Assembly: GCA_963752565.1 (NCBI GenBank)
Contig: CAVVZC010000003.1
Location: 723,080 to 787,079 of the forward strand
Origin: an uncultured delta proteobacterium
GTDB lineage: Bacteria > Desulfobacterota > Desulfobacteria > Desulfobacterales > UBA11574
Reading direction: 5' to 3'
Length of the DNA stretch: 64,000 nt
Below the pieces are notes generated by a model that did not search any database, was not told where the DNA came from, and was given only the letters and a program-made list of their open reading frames with translations. This document shows, piece after piece, positions 52,490-62,503 of the stretch (the first letter of the stretch is position 1; every line of letters starts with the position of its first letter). Both the position numbers and the translations under genes were made by a program.

Positions 52490-53662
52490 ATGAGTAATTT
52501 ACCCAAGGATTTCGATCCTCCATATCGAAAGAATATGGATTCCGGGGCGGCTGAACAAGACAGGGTCATTGACGATTTCCCGTCCTTTAATCCAGCATAA
52601 GTACATCGTTACGAGTAACAAACGGGGCGTCGGGAAAACAAGCCTTGCTGTCAATTTAGCAGTTGTCCTTTCCAAAAGAAAGGTGAAAGTCGGCCTGATC
52701 GATCTTGATCTTCATGGCACAAATATTTCCAATATGCTCGGGCTCCAAGGAATTTATGAAACCGATGTAGATAAGCAAGTTTGTCCCCGAATCCTATTCA
52801 GATTATCTGAAAGTGATATCTATTGAATCCATTATGAAGGATGTGAACCAGACCGTGATCTGGCGAGGGGACTTGAAAAGCCATGTCATTCGCCAGTTCA
52901 TTGCTGACGTAAGTTGGGGAGACTTGGATTATCTTATCATCGATTCCATATCGGGTACGGGTGATGAACCGCTCGCCGTGGCTCAAGCGATCCAGGATGC
53001 CAAAGTCATTTTCGTTTCAGCCCCCGAGAAGGAATATCTGCCTCGTGTCAGAAAACAAGTCAGAGAATTGATTAATTTATACGAAAACGCCCAAAATTCT
53101 ATTTTGGGTTTCGTAGAAAATATGAGCGGTTTATTTTGTAAAAATTGCGACAAAACCGCGGAAGGAATGATCAGAGAATCAAATATCATGCAATGTCCGC
53201 TACTTAGGTCGGATTCCCCTTGATCCTCACATGCCGTATTGCACTGCAGCAGGGCAATCTTATCTGGAGAAATATCCGAATTCCGAAGCAGCACATGGAT
53301 ATGAATTAATTGTCGATAAAATTATTGAAGACAGCCGTTCACAAAAATCTGTGATCACAAAGATTGCCATTCCAATATCCGAAGATCGGCTTTTTCCATC
53401 TTTTGGTAAGGCAACCGAATTTGCCGTTTTCCATATACAAAATCAGCAAATAATAAAAAAGGAAATCTTGCACCCACCTTCTCATGCACCGAATGTGTTC
53501 CCCGATTGGCTTCACGATTTGGGGGTTAGCACTATCATCGCAGGGAACATGGGCCCTAAGGCCATGGAGAATTTTAGAGCAAAGGGAACCACCGTCATCA
53601 CCGGCTCCTCTAGTACAAGCCCTGATGAACTGGTTCAACAGCACCTTTCTCGAAACCGGTAA
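52490..53662 (+). CDS. Divergent Mrp/NBP35 P-loop ATPase with C-terminal NifB/NifX domain (several frameshifts)
   Basis: SNKRGVGKT, DLDLHG, VIWRG, WGDLDYLIID, VENMS, CKNC; C-terminal KIAIP..FG.A..F..PP.H.P. Confidence 0.8.
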
Positions 53663-53750
53663 GGATATCTCTTTTAATTTGAGCAGAATAAGAAGGTATA
53701 TGGACTGGTCTCGGAAATTAAAGGCCGAGCAGAACGTCTAAGAGGAAAAA

Positions 53751-54710
53751 ATGAGCAGCATGATTGCTTTTGGCCCTGTCCCATCCAGGCGTTTGGGGCA
53801 CAGCCTCGGGATAAATAATATCCCGCCCAAGATATGCACCTATTCCTGTGTATACTGCCAGTTGGGCCGTACTAAAAAAATGCAGGCTGAGCGTCGTATG
53901 TTCTATAATCCGCAAAAAATCTTACAGGATGTCCAGGACAAGGTGAAAAAGGTGAAAGAGACCGGAGACCCCATTGACTACTTGACATTCGTGCCCGATG
54001 GGGAACCCACGCTGGACATCAATCTCGCCTATGAAATCGATTTATTGAAATCTTTGGGAGTTAAGATTGCCGTGATTACCAACGGTTCCCTTATTTGGCG
54101 CGAAGATGTGAGAGAGGCGCTGATGAAAGCAGATTGGGTTTCATTGAAGATAGACTCTGTACAAGAAGAGTTTTGGCGCAGAATTAATCGGCCTTATGGA
54201 ACCTTGCAACTCTCTTTGATTAAGCAAGGAATGTTCGAATTTGCGCGAACTTACAGGGGAGAACTTGTAACGGAAACAATGCTTGTTAGAACGGTCAATG
54301 ACAGCGAAGATGGCCTCAGTAAGATTGCCGACTTGTTGGCTCGGTTGAAGCCTGACAGGGCTTATTTATCCATTCCTACACGGCCGCCTGCAGAGGAATG
54401 GGCACAACCTCCTCCCGAGGAAATTATCAATCAAGCTTATCACATCCTCCATGAACGGATTGATCAGGTGGAATATCTGATTGGATACGAAGGCAATGAT
54501 TTCGCCTTTACGGGTAACGTCGAGGAAGACCTTTTGAGTATCACCGCCGTGCATCCAATGCGGGAAGAGGCAGTAAGCGACTTCCTGGCGCGTGCCGGAG
54601 CTGATTGGTCTGTCATACAGAGATTGATCGATCGGGGTCAGCTCATCGAGACGAAGTACAAAGGACGGAAGTTCTATATGAGAAGACTACCTGAAAGATA
54701 CAATGGATAG
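53751..54710 (+). CDS. Radical SAM protein (TYW1-like/uncharacterised)
   Basis: FGPVPSRRLG.SLGIN, CTYSCVYC, DGEPTL, TNGSL. Confidence 0.9.
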   Translation: MSSMIAFGPVPSRRLGHSLGINNIPPKICTYSCVYCQLGRTKKMQAERRMFYNPQKILQDVQDKVKKVKETGDPIDYLTFVPDGEPTLDINLAYEIDLLKSLGVKIAVITNGSLIWREDVREALMKADWVSLKIDSVQEEFWRRINRPYGTLQLSLIKQGMFEFARTYRGELVTETMLVRTVNDSEDGLSKIADLLARLKPDRAYLSIPTRPPAEEWAQPPPEEIINQAYHILHERIDQVEYLIGYEGNDFAFTGNVEEDLLSITAVHPMREEAVSDFLARAGADWSVIQRLIDRGQLIETKYKGRKFYMRRLPERYNG

Positions 54711-55016
54711 GTCTTCACTGACTCGGGGCACGGACAATGATTTCTATATCAAGATGTCCAATGATTGATGAACAAGATTTTGTACCAGAACACTATCCGA
54801 GACGTTTGAAAATGGGGTGCGTTGCAATCTTTGCAACCATCGGTGCAAGATCAAAGAAAGGGAAAGGGGTGTTTTCGGTGTCAGGGAAAACCGAGGCGAA
54901 AAGCTTTACAGTCTCGTATACGGTAAGTTGCCAAAAGGCTTATAATTATCAAATCGTAGCTCGGTGACCTAATATCTTGTTGGAATTAGTACTGCTTAAA
55001 ACCTAAGGAGCAGAAA

Positions 55017-55223
55017 ATGGCAAATGATAAATGTGTTTCATTAACAGTCAGGAAAGGAATATGGGACGCTTTCAGTGAAATAGCATCTAAAAGGGAAGTT
55101 GATATCTTAAATCTCATTGAGGAGGTTCTGATCGATTTTATAGTCAATAATTTAGATGATTGTCACAGATTCCCCGACTTGCTCGACGATCAGGAATACA
55201 TCAAACATAGACCTCCTTGTTAG
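55017..55223 (+). CDS. Small hypothetical protein (possibly ribbon-helix-helix)
   Basis: RBS AAGGAG; VSLTV followed by two predicted helices. Confidence 0.5.
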   Translation: MANDKCVSLTVRKGIWDAFSEIASKREVDILNLIEEVLIDFIVNNLDDCHRFPDLLDDQEYIKHRPPC

Positions 55224-55620
55224 TGGAAAGGTTCAATCAAAGGCTTGGTGCTATCTGCATTGTCACATTCTCTTGCTGTCATCTTTTCCACAGTAAATCT
55301 TCCATGTCTTTAAATGTAAATTCTACTCATAGCTGCTAAGAACGATAGTGGCAATCAGTAATTATCAATCCACCTGCTTACAAATAGCGAGTTCTTATCA
55401 TCTCATCTTAAATTATTGTGCTGACCGTCAAACACCATTTTCTAAAGTCAGGATGTGCGGTATTGACCTGATCTCAAACTGGGTCAGATACATTAGAAAA
55501 CACATCGTCAATCCTGACTGATGTCAGATATCTTTGGTAGGCTTTAGCAAGTGATTAAGCATTGACCGGTTCCCCTGTCTCTTCGTAACCTTCCAGAAAG
55601 TTTCTTAGTACCTGAATTTT

Positions 55621-55722
55621 GCACGAGTCGAAGGTTTCTATCTACAAGGCATTAAGGGTGAAGACGTAGTATACTACTTCAAAGCCTTAATAACGCAGTA
55701 GATGGGAACCCTCGGCTTGCTC
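55621..55722 (-). repeat. Palindromic REP/MITE-like element, copy 2
   Basis: Reverse complement GAGCAAGCCGAGGGTTCCCATCTACTGCGTT...CTTCACCC...GCCTTGTAGATAG matches 15010..15123. Confidence 0.7.
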
Positions 55723-55940
55723 TTGAGTGAAAATTGACAAGTAAAATTATTTATCATCCTTTTATCCAATTGAGTAATAATCGTTAATGGAAAATAATCG
55801 ATTAAACCATTGTGCATAGACCTTTTACAATAACCTGATCAATTCTCATGCAAGATTTAGGTAGTAACTTTCCTTGGTCCCATTCGCGGCTGTTTCGATT
55901 TTAGTGGTCTTGAAGTTGTTGCGAAAAAGAGTTCTAAATA

Positions 55941-56079
55941 TTTCGAAATTTTGCGAAAAGAGATTTCGAAATTTTTCTAAATCTGGTTGCGTCTCAGAGA
56001 AGCTTAGAAGCTTTGTCAATTCGAACTATTTGAAATTATAACAATTATCAAGAATGTATGTTGATGGCACGTTTTATGC
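55941..56079 (+). promoter_or_regulatory. Regulon site D: tandem UAS + sigma54 promoter
   Basis: Boxes at 55941 and 55964; TGGCACGTTTTATGC at 56065. Confidence 0.88.
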
Positions 56080-56170
56080 TTTTAAGAATTCATAAGAAAT
56101 TGGATTGTTATAATCTACCTTGGGCAAAAGTAATGGCTTACAGGATAAATTGGTTGAGGAGGGTAATAAG

Positions 56171-56443
56171 ATGGAAATAAGATTAAATGATTTGTTTCAA
56201 AGGTTTAAAACAAAAGGATTTATGCCCGTTGAAATCTCGGGACTTGTTAAAGATGTTTTTAATATAATTGGCAACAGTGGGTATTCCGCAATTACCACCA
56301 TTGACCAGGAGCTCGAGGAATTAGGATGGGGCATAGGTATCATGGACAATGTTACCCATGAATTGGTCACATCGCTGCTTGAAGATAATAGTTCTACTGA
56401 TGTTGAGAGACATATTCATAATATGTATTTATTGGAGCATTGA
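56171..56443 (+). CDS. Hypothetical protein
   Basis: RBS GAGGAGG before ATG 56171; first gene after promoter D. Confidence 0.65.
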   Translation: MEIRLNDLFQRFKTKGFMPVEISGLVKDVFNIIGNSGYSAITTIDQELEELGWGIGIMDNVTHELVTSLLEDNSSTDVERHIHNMYLLEH

Positions 56444-56600
56444 GTGAAGAAGTAAAGCAGGTGAAGAACAATAGGTTCTTTTGATAGTTGATCACAGACT
56501 TGGCTTTAGTCGGTCGTTTGTAAAGGCCTAAATTATTAATTTCATAGTTGTTAGCTATTTTATAAACCTTTATGAGCATAACGAAAAAAAGGAGGATGTT

Positions 56601-57083
56601 ATGGTGAACGTGAACGATTTGATAACATTTTATCTGTTCAGTAAATTTTCCGAGGAGCAATTAGAGGAACTCGCTGAAATCACCGAAAAAAAAACCTACA
56701 AAAAACACGCTCATGTTTATGAGCGTGGCGACAGCGCCAAGCATTTATTTGTGGTGAGTAAGGGTCTCGTAAGCCTAAGGAGATTTGACCTCGGAGATCA
56801 GGTGGGCATTGCCTTTGAGACGCGCGAGAGCGGGGAGTTATTCGGTGCCGCTTCCTTCATGCATCCTCAGCATTATACGCTGACAGCTGTTTGCATTGAA
56901 GATTCAGAGGTAATAGCAATAGACGCCGACAAGCTGTCTGATTTGTGCAAAAAGGACCCGGCTGTGGGATACAAGCTGATGCTCGAAATCGCTCGGGTCT
57001 ATTTTGAGCGCTACAAAAGTGCCAAAAGAAACCTTCATGAGATGGTTCGAACACCTACGATTATAACTGCTCTTCCAGGTTAG
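56601..57083 (+). CDS. Stand-alone cyclic-nucleotide-binding (Crp-type) domain protein
   Basis: LFS.FSEEQL, YERGD.A..LFVV.KG.V, GELFG, TA.C; no HTH. Confidence 0.88.
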   Translation: MVNVNDLITFYLFSKFSEEQLEELAEITEKKTYKKHAHVYERGDSAKHLFVVSKGLVSLRRFDLGDQVGIAFETRESGELFGAASFMHPQHYTLTAVCIEDSEVIAIDADKLSDLCKKDPAVGYKLMLEIARVYFERYKSAKRNLHEMVRTPTIITALPG

Positions 57084-57214
57084 CCGATCTCTCTCATCAC
57101 GGCCATCTCCCCTTTGGAGAGAGAAAAAGACTGACCCGTATTTTATTCGGAGGTGGGGGGATTACACGTACAGTTATTGAGAAGTTACTTTAATAAATAA
57201 CAAGGAGGAAAATC

Positions 57215-57430
57215 ATGAATGAGTCCACTTACAAAATTATTGAGTTAGTAGGAACAAGCAGTGTTTCTTGGGAGGATGCTGCCAAGAATGCTGTAGAAAC
57301 GGCATCCAAGCCCCTTGAGGATCTGAGAATCGCGGAAGTTACTAAACTCGATATGAAGGTCGAGAATGGAAAGGTCTCCACTTATCGCTCCAGAGTAAGC
57401 CTTTCCTTTAAATATAAAAGCGGTGCTTGA
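57215..57430 (+). CDS. Dodecin (flavin-binding) family protein
   Basis: YKIIELVGTS..SWEDAA.NAV..A..L, YR..V.LSFKY. Confidence 0.92.
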   Translation: MNESTYKIIELVGTSSVSWEDAAKNAVETASKPLEDLRIAEVTKLDMKVENGKVSTYRSRVSLSFKYKSGA

Positions 57431-57811
57431 TGACGCCATAAGGGGTGGGAGTGACCACAATGATGCAGCTTCTGCCCCTTTTAGGTCAATAGTGCCCATT
57501 TTATTTATCTACAACGCGTTATTCTTCGGCCTTAATAAATCATCTTGCGAATTACACAGAATGAAAGAATTTTAGTGGGGCGAGGAAACTGGATATATAC
57601 ATGAAATTCGCAATACCTTTAACTGATAGGGAAATTAGAAAACAAAATTTCTGAAATATTCTTGCTCATAAAGATGCTCTTGTCACATGAAAAAACAGTC
57701 ATTATATCAGGGAGTTAAGAGCGTTCCGATGGGTTGATTTCATTCCCAAATTTACCTGGGGTTATAAATGAGTAATTTAACAATTTTAATTCTTGAAAGG
57801 AGGGAATTAAA

Positions 57812-58270
57812 ATGGAACAGGCACAGCCGGTATGCCCTTTAACTAAAGGTAAGAGAATACTTGTCGCGATGGATAGATCAAAATATAGCGAGAAGGCTTT
57901 TGATCAGGCGATAAGCATCGCAAAGATATGCAAAAGTATCCTTTTTGTAGTTAGCGTCGTTGACCTGTATCCTGAAGTGAAGGCAATTGTACTTGCCCTT
58001 GAGGAAAAGGGAAAGGTGTTAAAGGGGACAAAGGAATTCCTTGAAGGAGTCAAGGCTAAAGCCACAAAAGAAAATATACCATGTGAAACGATTGTGCATA
58101 TAGGCGGACAGCCCCATGAGTTTATCATTCAAGAAGCAAAGGAAAAAAATGTTGACCTCATCGTGATGGGAACCCATGGAAGGACCGGGCTAGATAAACT
58201 TTTAATAGGCAGTGTTGCTGAGAGAGTCGTTGGCCACGCGCCATGTGCTGTGATGGTAACCCCCGCTTAG
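57812..58270 (+). CDS. Universal stress protein
   Basis: ILVAMD.S, DLIVMGTHGRTG, GSVAERVV. Confidence 0.93.
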   Translation: MEQAQPVCPLTKGKRILVAMDRSKYSEKAFDQAISIAKICKSILFVVSVVDLYPEVKAIVLALEEKGKVLKGTKEFLEGVKAKATKENIPCETIVHIGGQPHEFIIQEAKEKNVDLIVMGTHGRTGLDKLLIGSVAERVVGHAPCAVMVTPA

Positions 58271-58327
58271 ATATAGCATATAGCGGAACACCTCGGTTAC
58301 GTCACATAGCATTCATATGAGGATACT

Positions 58328-59059
58328 ATGGAAAACACATTCTGGACGGCCTTGGGAGCCAGTTCTTTGGCCGCATTAGTGACCTCGGTGGGCATTTATG
58401 TCATACGCCGCTTCGAGCAATGGGGCCGTAAGAATACCATCTACTTCATCTGTTTCGCTGCCGGCGTCCTGATATCAGTGTCATTCTTGCACATCATCCC
58501 GAAGGCATTTTCCATGAATTCAAATGCCCCATTCTATCTGTTGGCCGGGTACCTTAGCCTGCACTTATTTAATCGGTTCATCAACGCTTTTGTGTGCGAT
58601 AAAGAATCGGATGCGCAATACGGGATTGGCCTTGTACCCATGCTTGGAATCGGGTTCCACTCATTTATCGACGGGTTCATCTATTCCATTACCTTCACCG
58701 TCAGTATCTTTACCGGGCTACTGGCAGCCACCGGTATGGTTCTTCACGAATTTCCCGAGGGGATCATAACGTACCTGCTGCTGAAACGGGGCGGGTTCAA
58801 GGAGAGGACGTCGCTGCTCTTTGCCTTATTGGCTGCGGCCCTGACCACGCCCCTGGGCATGCTCGTGTCGTACCCCTTGATCAGCAAAATTGACAAACCT
58901 CTCCTGGGTGCCCTACTGGCATTTTCTGCAGGAGCCCTTGTTTACGTGGGGGCCACTCACCTTCTGCCTCAGGCTGAAACGGAGCAAAAGAGATACAGCC
59001 TTTTCGCCCTGGGTGCCGGCATTTTGGTGGCCGCGGTTATTATCTTTTCCAAGGCATAG
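58328..59059 (+). CDS. ZIP family metal transporter
   Basis: FAAGVL, HSFIDG, HEFPEG, HLLP. Confidence 0.9.
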   Translation: MENTFWTALGASSLAALVTSVGIYVIRRFEQWGRKNTIYFICFAAGVLISVSFLHIIPKAFSMNSNAPFYLLAGYLSLHLFNRFINAFVCDKESDAQYGIGLVPMLGIGFHSFIDGFIYSITFTVSIFTGLLAATGMVLHEFPEGIITYLLLKRGGFKERTSLLFALLAAALTTPLGMLVSYPLISKIDKPLLGALLAFSAGALVYVGATHLLPQAETEQKRYSLFALGAGILVAAVIIFSKA

Positions 59060-59069
59060 GTCCGTTCCC

Positions 59070-59174
59070 ATGACTTCTTCTTTCAACTCTCACCACCGGC
59101 GCTATGAGGCGTGGTTCAGTCGTCATGAAGCCGCCTACTTTTCGGAACTCTTGGCAGTCCGCGCATTGCTCCCT
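59070..59174 (+). pseudogene. Truncated class I SAM-dependent methyltransferase (N-terminal 35 aa)
   Basis: MTSSFNSHHRRYEAWFSRHEAAYFSELLAVRALLP; similarity ends before the glycine-rich SAM motif, next to the IS end. Confidence 0.6.
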
Positions 59175-59181
59175 AATTTTC

Positions 59182-60304
59182 TATATGATCGCATTAATTA
59201 ATGCAGCATAATGACTTTAATCGTTCGTTTGGTTTAGCGTGGTCTTTTAAGTATTCAATTACTGCATTTTCAAGCGCTATAAGATTTTCAAAAAAGGTAT
59301 TATGAGTCACACGATATCTCAGATTCTTCCAAACCCTTTCAACCGGATTTAGCTCAGGCGAGTAAGGTGGAAGAAAAAGCAGTTCTAATCGTTTTTTATG
59401 TATTTCCACAAATTCAGCAACCTTATTGCTTTTATGCGAAGCTTGCATTGTCAAGGACTAATACTATCTTTTTCCGTGTTTTAAAATTTCGAATCAGCCA
59501 TTTGAGATAATAGATGAAGGTATCGGAATCAAAACCATCAAAGATCAGTGAAAATAAGCGACCATTACGGTGGTTAACTGCACCGCAGACGCCCACTTTT
59601 TCTTTAGTAATCGGGCATTTTACTTGACTCTTGTGGCCACGCGGAAACCACCCTCTTGTGATCGTGCTTTCTCTTCGTAAAAAGGCTTCATCATAGAATA
59701 GAAGCTCTATTTTGTTATTGGGAATGATTTCATCGTGAATTTTTTTTAAAGGTATCTTGCTTTTCGGGATCAGCGCCAACGGGCATTTTACGAGGCCGCT
59801 GCAGAGAAAAACCAAGCTGTTTAAATAGGTTCTGGCATTGCCGCACCTTTAGCTGAACACCGTATTTTACTTTTAAGTGATGGGATAAGAGTTTGCCGTC
59901 CCATCTGGCCTGATCGTATCCAAGGTCTTTTGGAGATTTTTCTAAGTTGCTTTTTAATCGTAAACGATCATCATCGTTAAGTTGGGATCGGCGGCCTCGA
60001 CCTGGCGTATCTCTTAAGCCCTGAAAGCCCGATTCATTTAGCCTGTGGATCCAGCGCTGAACTGTAGTAGAATTTATTCCAAACAATCGGGCAACGTAGC
60101 TTAATGCATGACCATCACAGATCAGCGCGATAACATCTAAACGACGCACAAAACGTGCATCTTCATTAACAGCAAAGTAGTTTTGAATTTCGGTTTTAAC
60201 CTTTTCTACCTCTTTGATTTGTAGCATTTTTGGCATAATTCACCTCCTTGAGGTGAATGTACCATAAAATATTTTATACTGCAATATATATTACGTTTAT
60301 TATA
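59182..60304 (-). mobile_element. IS630-family insertion sequence
   Basis: Imperfect terminal IRs starting TATA (TATATGATCGCATTAATTAATGCAGCATAA vs TATAATAAACGTAATATATATTGCAGTATAA); transposase inside. Confidence 0.85.
59194..60236 (-). CDS. IS630 transposase (HTH + DDE), programmed frameshift at poly-A plus one extra indel
   Basis: HTH ORF ends FKK at A-run; FYDE, VLDNAS, LPPYSPELNPVERVW. Confidence 0.9.
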
Positions 60305-60338
60305 TTCCCATTTATGTTATTTGTGATTGTCTTTTCGA

Positions 60339-60478
60339 TTTCGAAATTTTGCGAAAAGAGATTTCGATATTTTTCTAATTTTTCATTTCACAGGAAAGTC
60401 ATTAAATCGCCCCATCAAAATTAACTATTTGAATTTATTGCATCTATAATGCCCATAGCAGGATGGCACACTTTATGC
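60339..60478 (+). promoter_or_regulatory. Regulon site E: tandem UAS + sigma54 promoter
   Basis: Boxes at 60339 and 60362; TGGCACACTTTATGC at 60464. Confidence 0.88.
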
Positions 60479-60673
60479 TGTATGAAATATTAAACAAAAG
60501 CGAACAACATGCTTAATTGAGAAAGCATTAATCAATTAACACCGCAACCTTGCCTGGAAGGTCGGACAAAATTAAAGGAGATGATGTGAATTATTTGCTG
60601 ATAGCATTTATTATCGCAATTTAGCATCACCTTGATTAAATAGCCAAGAACACAAATACAAGGAGATTTTAAA

Positions 60674-61119
60674 ATGAAGGTAGCAGTGAGTGCAAACGGA
60701 AGAGACCTGGATGCGCCGATTGACCCACGTTTCGGTCGGTGTGCCTATTTTATTATCGTGGATACGGACGACATAAGTTTTGAGGCCTTTGATAATGAGA
60801 GTATCGCCTTAGGTGGAGGAGCGGGGATTCAATCTGCCCAGTTTGTGGTTTCTAAAGGGGCCAAGGTTATTATTACGGGAAATGTAGGTCCAAATGCTGT
60901 GAGTACACTCTCGGCAGCAGGCGATGAAGCTGTTCACGGGCCAAACGGGCACAGTAAGAAAGGCCATAGAGGATTACAAAAAAGGGAAGTTAACCGGTTC
61001 GAACGAGGCCAATGCCTCTAGTAAGTGCCGGCATGATGGCCCGTGGAGCCGGTATGGGTCGTGGTATGGGCAGAGGAATGGGCGGTGGAAGAGGTATGGG
61101 CCGTGGAAGAAGCAGATGA
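60674..61119 (+). CDS. NifB/NifX family (Orange-protein-like) protein with Gly/Arg/Met tail, frameshifted
   Basis: MKVAVSA, DPRFGRC.YF, GGAGIQ, ITGNVGPNA; tail GRGAGMGRGMGRGMGGGRGMGRGRSR*. Confidence 0.88.
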
Positions 61120-61207
61120 GTTACGCAAACAGATCAAACCCATTGAATCCGGAGTCAGGGATTTAAACAAGAATAAACAAGGAAATTGAAAATAGAAGGT
61201 AAATCTC

Positions 61208-62458
61208 ATGGTGATTAAAAAGCAAAACATCAGTGATGAAGCCCGTAAAAAAAAGAGGAAGTTACAAGAGCGTGAAATCAAGGAAAGACTTAATCACATA
61301 ACAAACAAAATCCTTGTCATGAGCGGTAAAGGGGGTGTTGGTAAAAGTAGTGTGGCGGCCTATCTATCCGTGGTTCTGGCAAAGAGAGGTTACCGGGTCG
61401 GTCTTATGGACGTGGATCTTCATGGACCCAGCATCCCTCGAATGCTGGGCCTGAAAGGAAGTATTCATCCGGGGGTTCACAAAGGGAAAGCAATTCCTGT
61501 CAATTATCTTCCGAATATGGAAGTGATTTCAATTGAAATCCTTACGGGAGAAAACAAAGATACAGCAACGATCTGGCGGGGACCCCTTAAGATTGGGGTG
61601 ATCAAGCAGTTTATAGCTGATATTGAGTGGGGGGATCTCGATTATTTGATTATTGATTCACCTCCCGGTACCGGGGATGAGCCCCTGACCGTGGCCCAGA
61701 CTATTCCGGATGCCAAGGCCCTGATTGTAACCACGCCCCAGGAGATCTCATTAGCCGATGTCAGGAAATCCATTAACTTCTGCCGTCAGGTGCACATGGA
61801 GATTCTGGGCCTAGTGGAGAATATGAGTGGCCTAAAGTGCCCTTATTGCGGAAAAATCATAGACCTGTTTAAAACTCAAGGCGGGATGGTGACTGCAAAA
61901 AAAGAGAACTTGAGACTCCTGGCAACCCTGCCGTTTGAGCCCGAACTGGTAAAGGAAGGGGATGCGGGGGATATAAGCCTTCTTGATAATGATGAACTCT
62001 TAATCACCCGGGAATTCAACAAAATGGTGGATGAGATTGTGAAAATAAGTGAGGCGGATCATGACCTTCCTGCCAAATCAACGGAAATAGAGCTGCCAAG
62101 CCTGAATAAAGGCACAGCAGACGGCAGAGTTATCGTAATGCCCGTGTCGGAAGGAAAGCTTGCATCTCATTTTGGGCATTGTGACCAGTTCGCTTTCATT
62201 GAAACCGAAGATGGAAAAATCAAGGGCAATGAAATGCGCATCCCCCCGCCGCATGAACCCGGGGTGCTGCCTCGTTGGCTCAACGAGCAGGGGGCTGATG
62301 TGATCATAGCAAGAGGGATAGGAGAGAGAGCGCAGCAGCTTCTTCGTGAAAACGGAATTGAGGTTGTCATTGGCGGCCCCGTGGATTCCCCGGAGTCCCT
62401 GGCAAATCAGTACCTCGCGAACACCTTGATAAGCGGGGATAACGTTTGTGACCACTAA
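61208..62458 (+). CDS. mrp: Mrp/NBP35 Fe-S carrier ATPase fused to NifB/NifX domain (MrpORP-like)
   Basis: SGKGGVGKS, DVDLHGPS, DSPPGTGD, ENMS, CPYC; C-terminal HFGHC..F, PPPHEPGVLP, NVCDH. Confidence 0.92.
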   Translation: MVIKKQNISDEARKKKRKLQEREIKERLNHITNKILVMSGKGGVGKSSVAAYLSVVLAKRGYRVGLMDVDLHGPSIPRMLGLKGSIHPGVHKGKAIPVNYLPNMEVISIEILTGENKDTATIWRGPLKIGVIKQFIADIEWGDLDYLIIDSPPGTGDEPLTVAQTIPDAKALIVTTPQEISLADVRKSINFCRQVHMEILGLVENMSGLKCPYCGKIIDLFKTQGGMVTAKKENLRLLATLPFEPELVKEGDAGDISLLDNDELLITREFNKMVDEIVKISEADHDLPAKSTEIELPSLNKGTADGRVIVMPVSEGKLASHFGHCDQFAFIETEDGKIKGNEMRIPPPHEPGVLPRWLNEQGADVIIARGIGERAQQLLRENGIEVVIGGPVDSPESLANQYLANTLISGDNVCDH

Positions 62459-62503
62459 CAAAGTTTGATCCGGAAGATTGATTGCAATTTCAAGGAGCTA
62501 TAT

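Noticed and set aside
59735-59752. Frameshift at the poly-A run in the transposase as a novel recoding event
   Set aside because: A split ORF with a programmed frameshift at an A-run is standard for IS630
34614-60380. TTTCGAAA repeats as CRISPR or iteron arrays
   Set aside because: Only two boxes per locus with a 5-bp gap, no spacers, no cas or rep genes; fixed spacing to sigma54 promoters explains them
61039-61119. GGYMGWGGWATG-like tandem repeat
   Set aside because: Encodes the Gly/Arg/Met tail common on NifB/NifX-family proteins
26154-62458. Nitrogen fixation cluster
   Set aside because: No nifH, nifD or nifK; the NifB/NifX domains are stand-alone or ORP-type
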